Of a stretch of 36,640 bases of DNA, positions 35,561 to 36,640 are shown piece after piece. This DNA comes from a virus (Duplodnaviria > Caudoviricetes): IMG/VR virus record IMGVR_UViG_3300040736_000114, positions 1 to 36,640 of that record; one strand, 5' to 3'. How positions within the stretch are numbered: the first letter of the stretch is position 1; every line of letters starts with the position of its first letter. The notes below the pieces were generated by a model. The model saw nothing but the letters and a program-made list of their open reading frames with translations, did no database searches and was not told where the DNA came from. The position numbers and the translations under genes are program-made.

Positions 35561-35932
35561 GTGATACTGGGAACATTTGAACTCGGATACGAATACGTCA
35601 CGCTCGAAGTGCGCAAAGGGTCAGGCGGATCATTTACCTGCTGTCATACAAACCATCTGAGACCTGTAATCAGCGTCGGAATGGATTACGAAAAGTTTGA
35701 AAGAGTCGTCGGTTGTCTTATTCACGAAGCATTGGAATTTTCGTTATCTCGTATGCAGGCACGTTTTAGCCCATCACTCGAACTGGCATGCGACCACAGT
35801 GCGTATCTGTTCAGCTTCGGTCATGTAACACTTTCAGAAGCATCGTTTATGGTGGCTGAATATCTTACATCAGCCATGCCTCATCTCAAAGAAGCATGGG
35901 AGAAAAGGGCAGAACCGGACATGTGTCTATGA
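35561..35932 (+). CDS. Small zincin-like protein (HExxE)
   Basis: GCLIHEALEF following beta strands; GTG start with AAGGT upstream. Confidence 0.55.
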   Translation: MILGTFELGYEYVTLEVRKGSGGSFTCCHTNHLRPVISVGMDYEKFERVVGCLIHEALEFSLSRMQARFSPSLELACDHSAYLFSFGHVTLSEASFMVAEYLTSAMPHLKEAWEKRAEPDMCL

Positions 35933-36438
35933 TGTACTTGGCAGCAAAACATACAGCCACCAGTTTCTTCGGGAAACTCATCAAACTGTATACCTTTTCC
36001 CGGTACTGCCACGTCGAGGTGATATTCTCCGACGGCAAATGGTTTTCAGCCAGGGAATTCAAGGGCGCCGTGTCGTTCCTGCCAGGACCTCCGTCGGATG
36101 AGACCCCTGATATGTACGATTACTTTCCGCTGCCCTTCACACCGGAGCAGGAAGCCCGCATGCGGACATGGGCGGAAAAAGAAAGATTCCGGGATGATGG
36201 GTCGCCGTGCAAATACGATGTCAGAGGCGTCCTGTGCAGCTTTCTGCCAATCCCCATCGGATGGCAAAGCGCGGATGACTGGTTCTGTTCTGAGATAGTG
36301 TCGGCCCTGTTCCAGACCGAGGGATGGTTTGCGGGATATTCCGCGGCGGCGATATCGCCCAGGAAATGCGTGGAGCTCTATAAAAAGGAGATATACAGCT
36401 ATGGGAAAGTGGCTTGTTACGAGACTGAAAGAGTATGA
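35929..36438 (+). CDS. Permuted papain-like NlpC/P60 (YiiX-like) phage protein
   Basis: YCHVEV (His), KYD..G, WFCSE (Cys) in permuted order; ATGA coupling. Confidence 0.8.
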   Translation: MMYLAAKHTATSFFGKLIKLYTFSRYCHVEVIFSDGKWFSAREFKGAVSFLPGPPSDETPDMYDYFPLPFTPEQEARMRTWAEKERFRDDGSPCKYDVRGVLCSFLPIPIGWQSADDWFCSEIVSALFQTEGWFAGYSAAAISPRKCVELYKKEIYSYGKVACYETERV

Positions 36439-36640
36439 GACAACCTTTGCCGGGATTCTCCTCGGCGCTGGAGCCGGGGCCGCTATGAGCATCAAATCCG
36501 GCCAGATCACGAAGACGGCGCTTATCACCGGCGCTTCAATCGGCGCATGTGGGGCACTGATGAAAACTCCCACATGGGCAAGGATATTCAATAACAGACA
36601 GGATGAAACTTCAAGTAGCACTGAAAGAAGTAATCAGTAG
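36401..36640 (+). CDS. Holin-like two-TM membrane protein
   Basis: AAGGAG SD; WLVTRLKEYETTFAG followed by two Gly/Ala-rich hydrophobic segments. Confidence 0.6.
   Translation: MGKWLVTRLKEYETTFAGILLGAGAGAAMSIKSGQITKTALITGASIGACGALMKTPTWARIFNNRQDETSSSTERSNQ

Larger units (their letters stand above)
1..36640 (+). mobile_element. Temperate podovirus-like phage/prophage (both ends outside the window)
   Basis: Contiguous co-oriented replication, packaging, head, tail, ejection and lysis modules; no tape measure or sheath gene and no host housekeeping genes seen. Confidence 0.9.

Overview
This window is most of a temperate, podovirus-like (P22-type portal, N4-gp56/DUF4043-type capsid) prophage or phage genome, with all protein genes on the + strand. 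From left to right it holds: (1) the end of an early operon (C-terminus of an integron-integrase-like tyrosine recombinase with an RHH-like tail, small genes, a C4/CI-like regulatory RNA); (2) replication genes (initiator with internal iterons, DnaC-like loader); (3) packaging and head genes (TerS, TerL, portal, scaffold, major capsid); (4) adaptor, tail and receptor-binding genes; (5) ejection genes, including a 3987-aa large polyvalent protein; (6) a lysis module. The most interesting signals are non-coding or nested. Two predicted RNase domains inside the giant gene are each followed by a convergent sigma70-type promoter and a structured antisense RNA, suggesting toxin/RNA-antitoxin modules. 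One GTTCAA-N7-TTGAAC operator overlaps three late promoters. A shared RNA motif plus terminator precedes both the terminase and lysis operons, next to a small YezD/DUF2292-like gene, suggesting an antitermination system. A zinc-ribbon micro-ORF is nested in the +1 frame of the giant gene. All family assignments are by eye from motifs; no searches were run.
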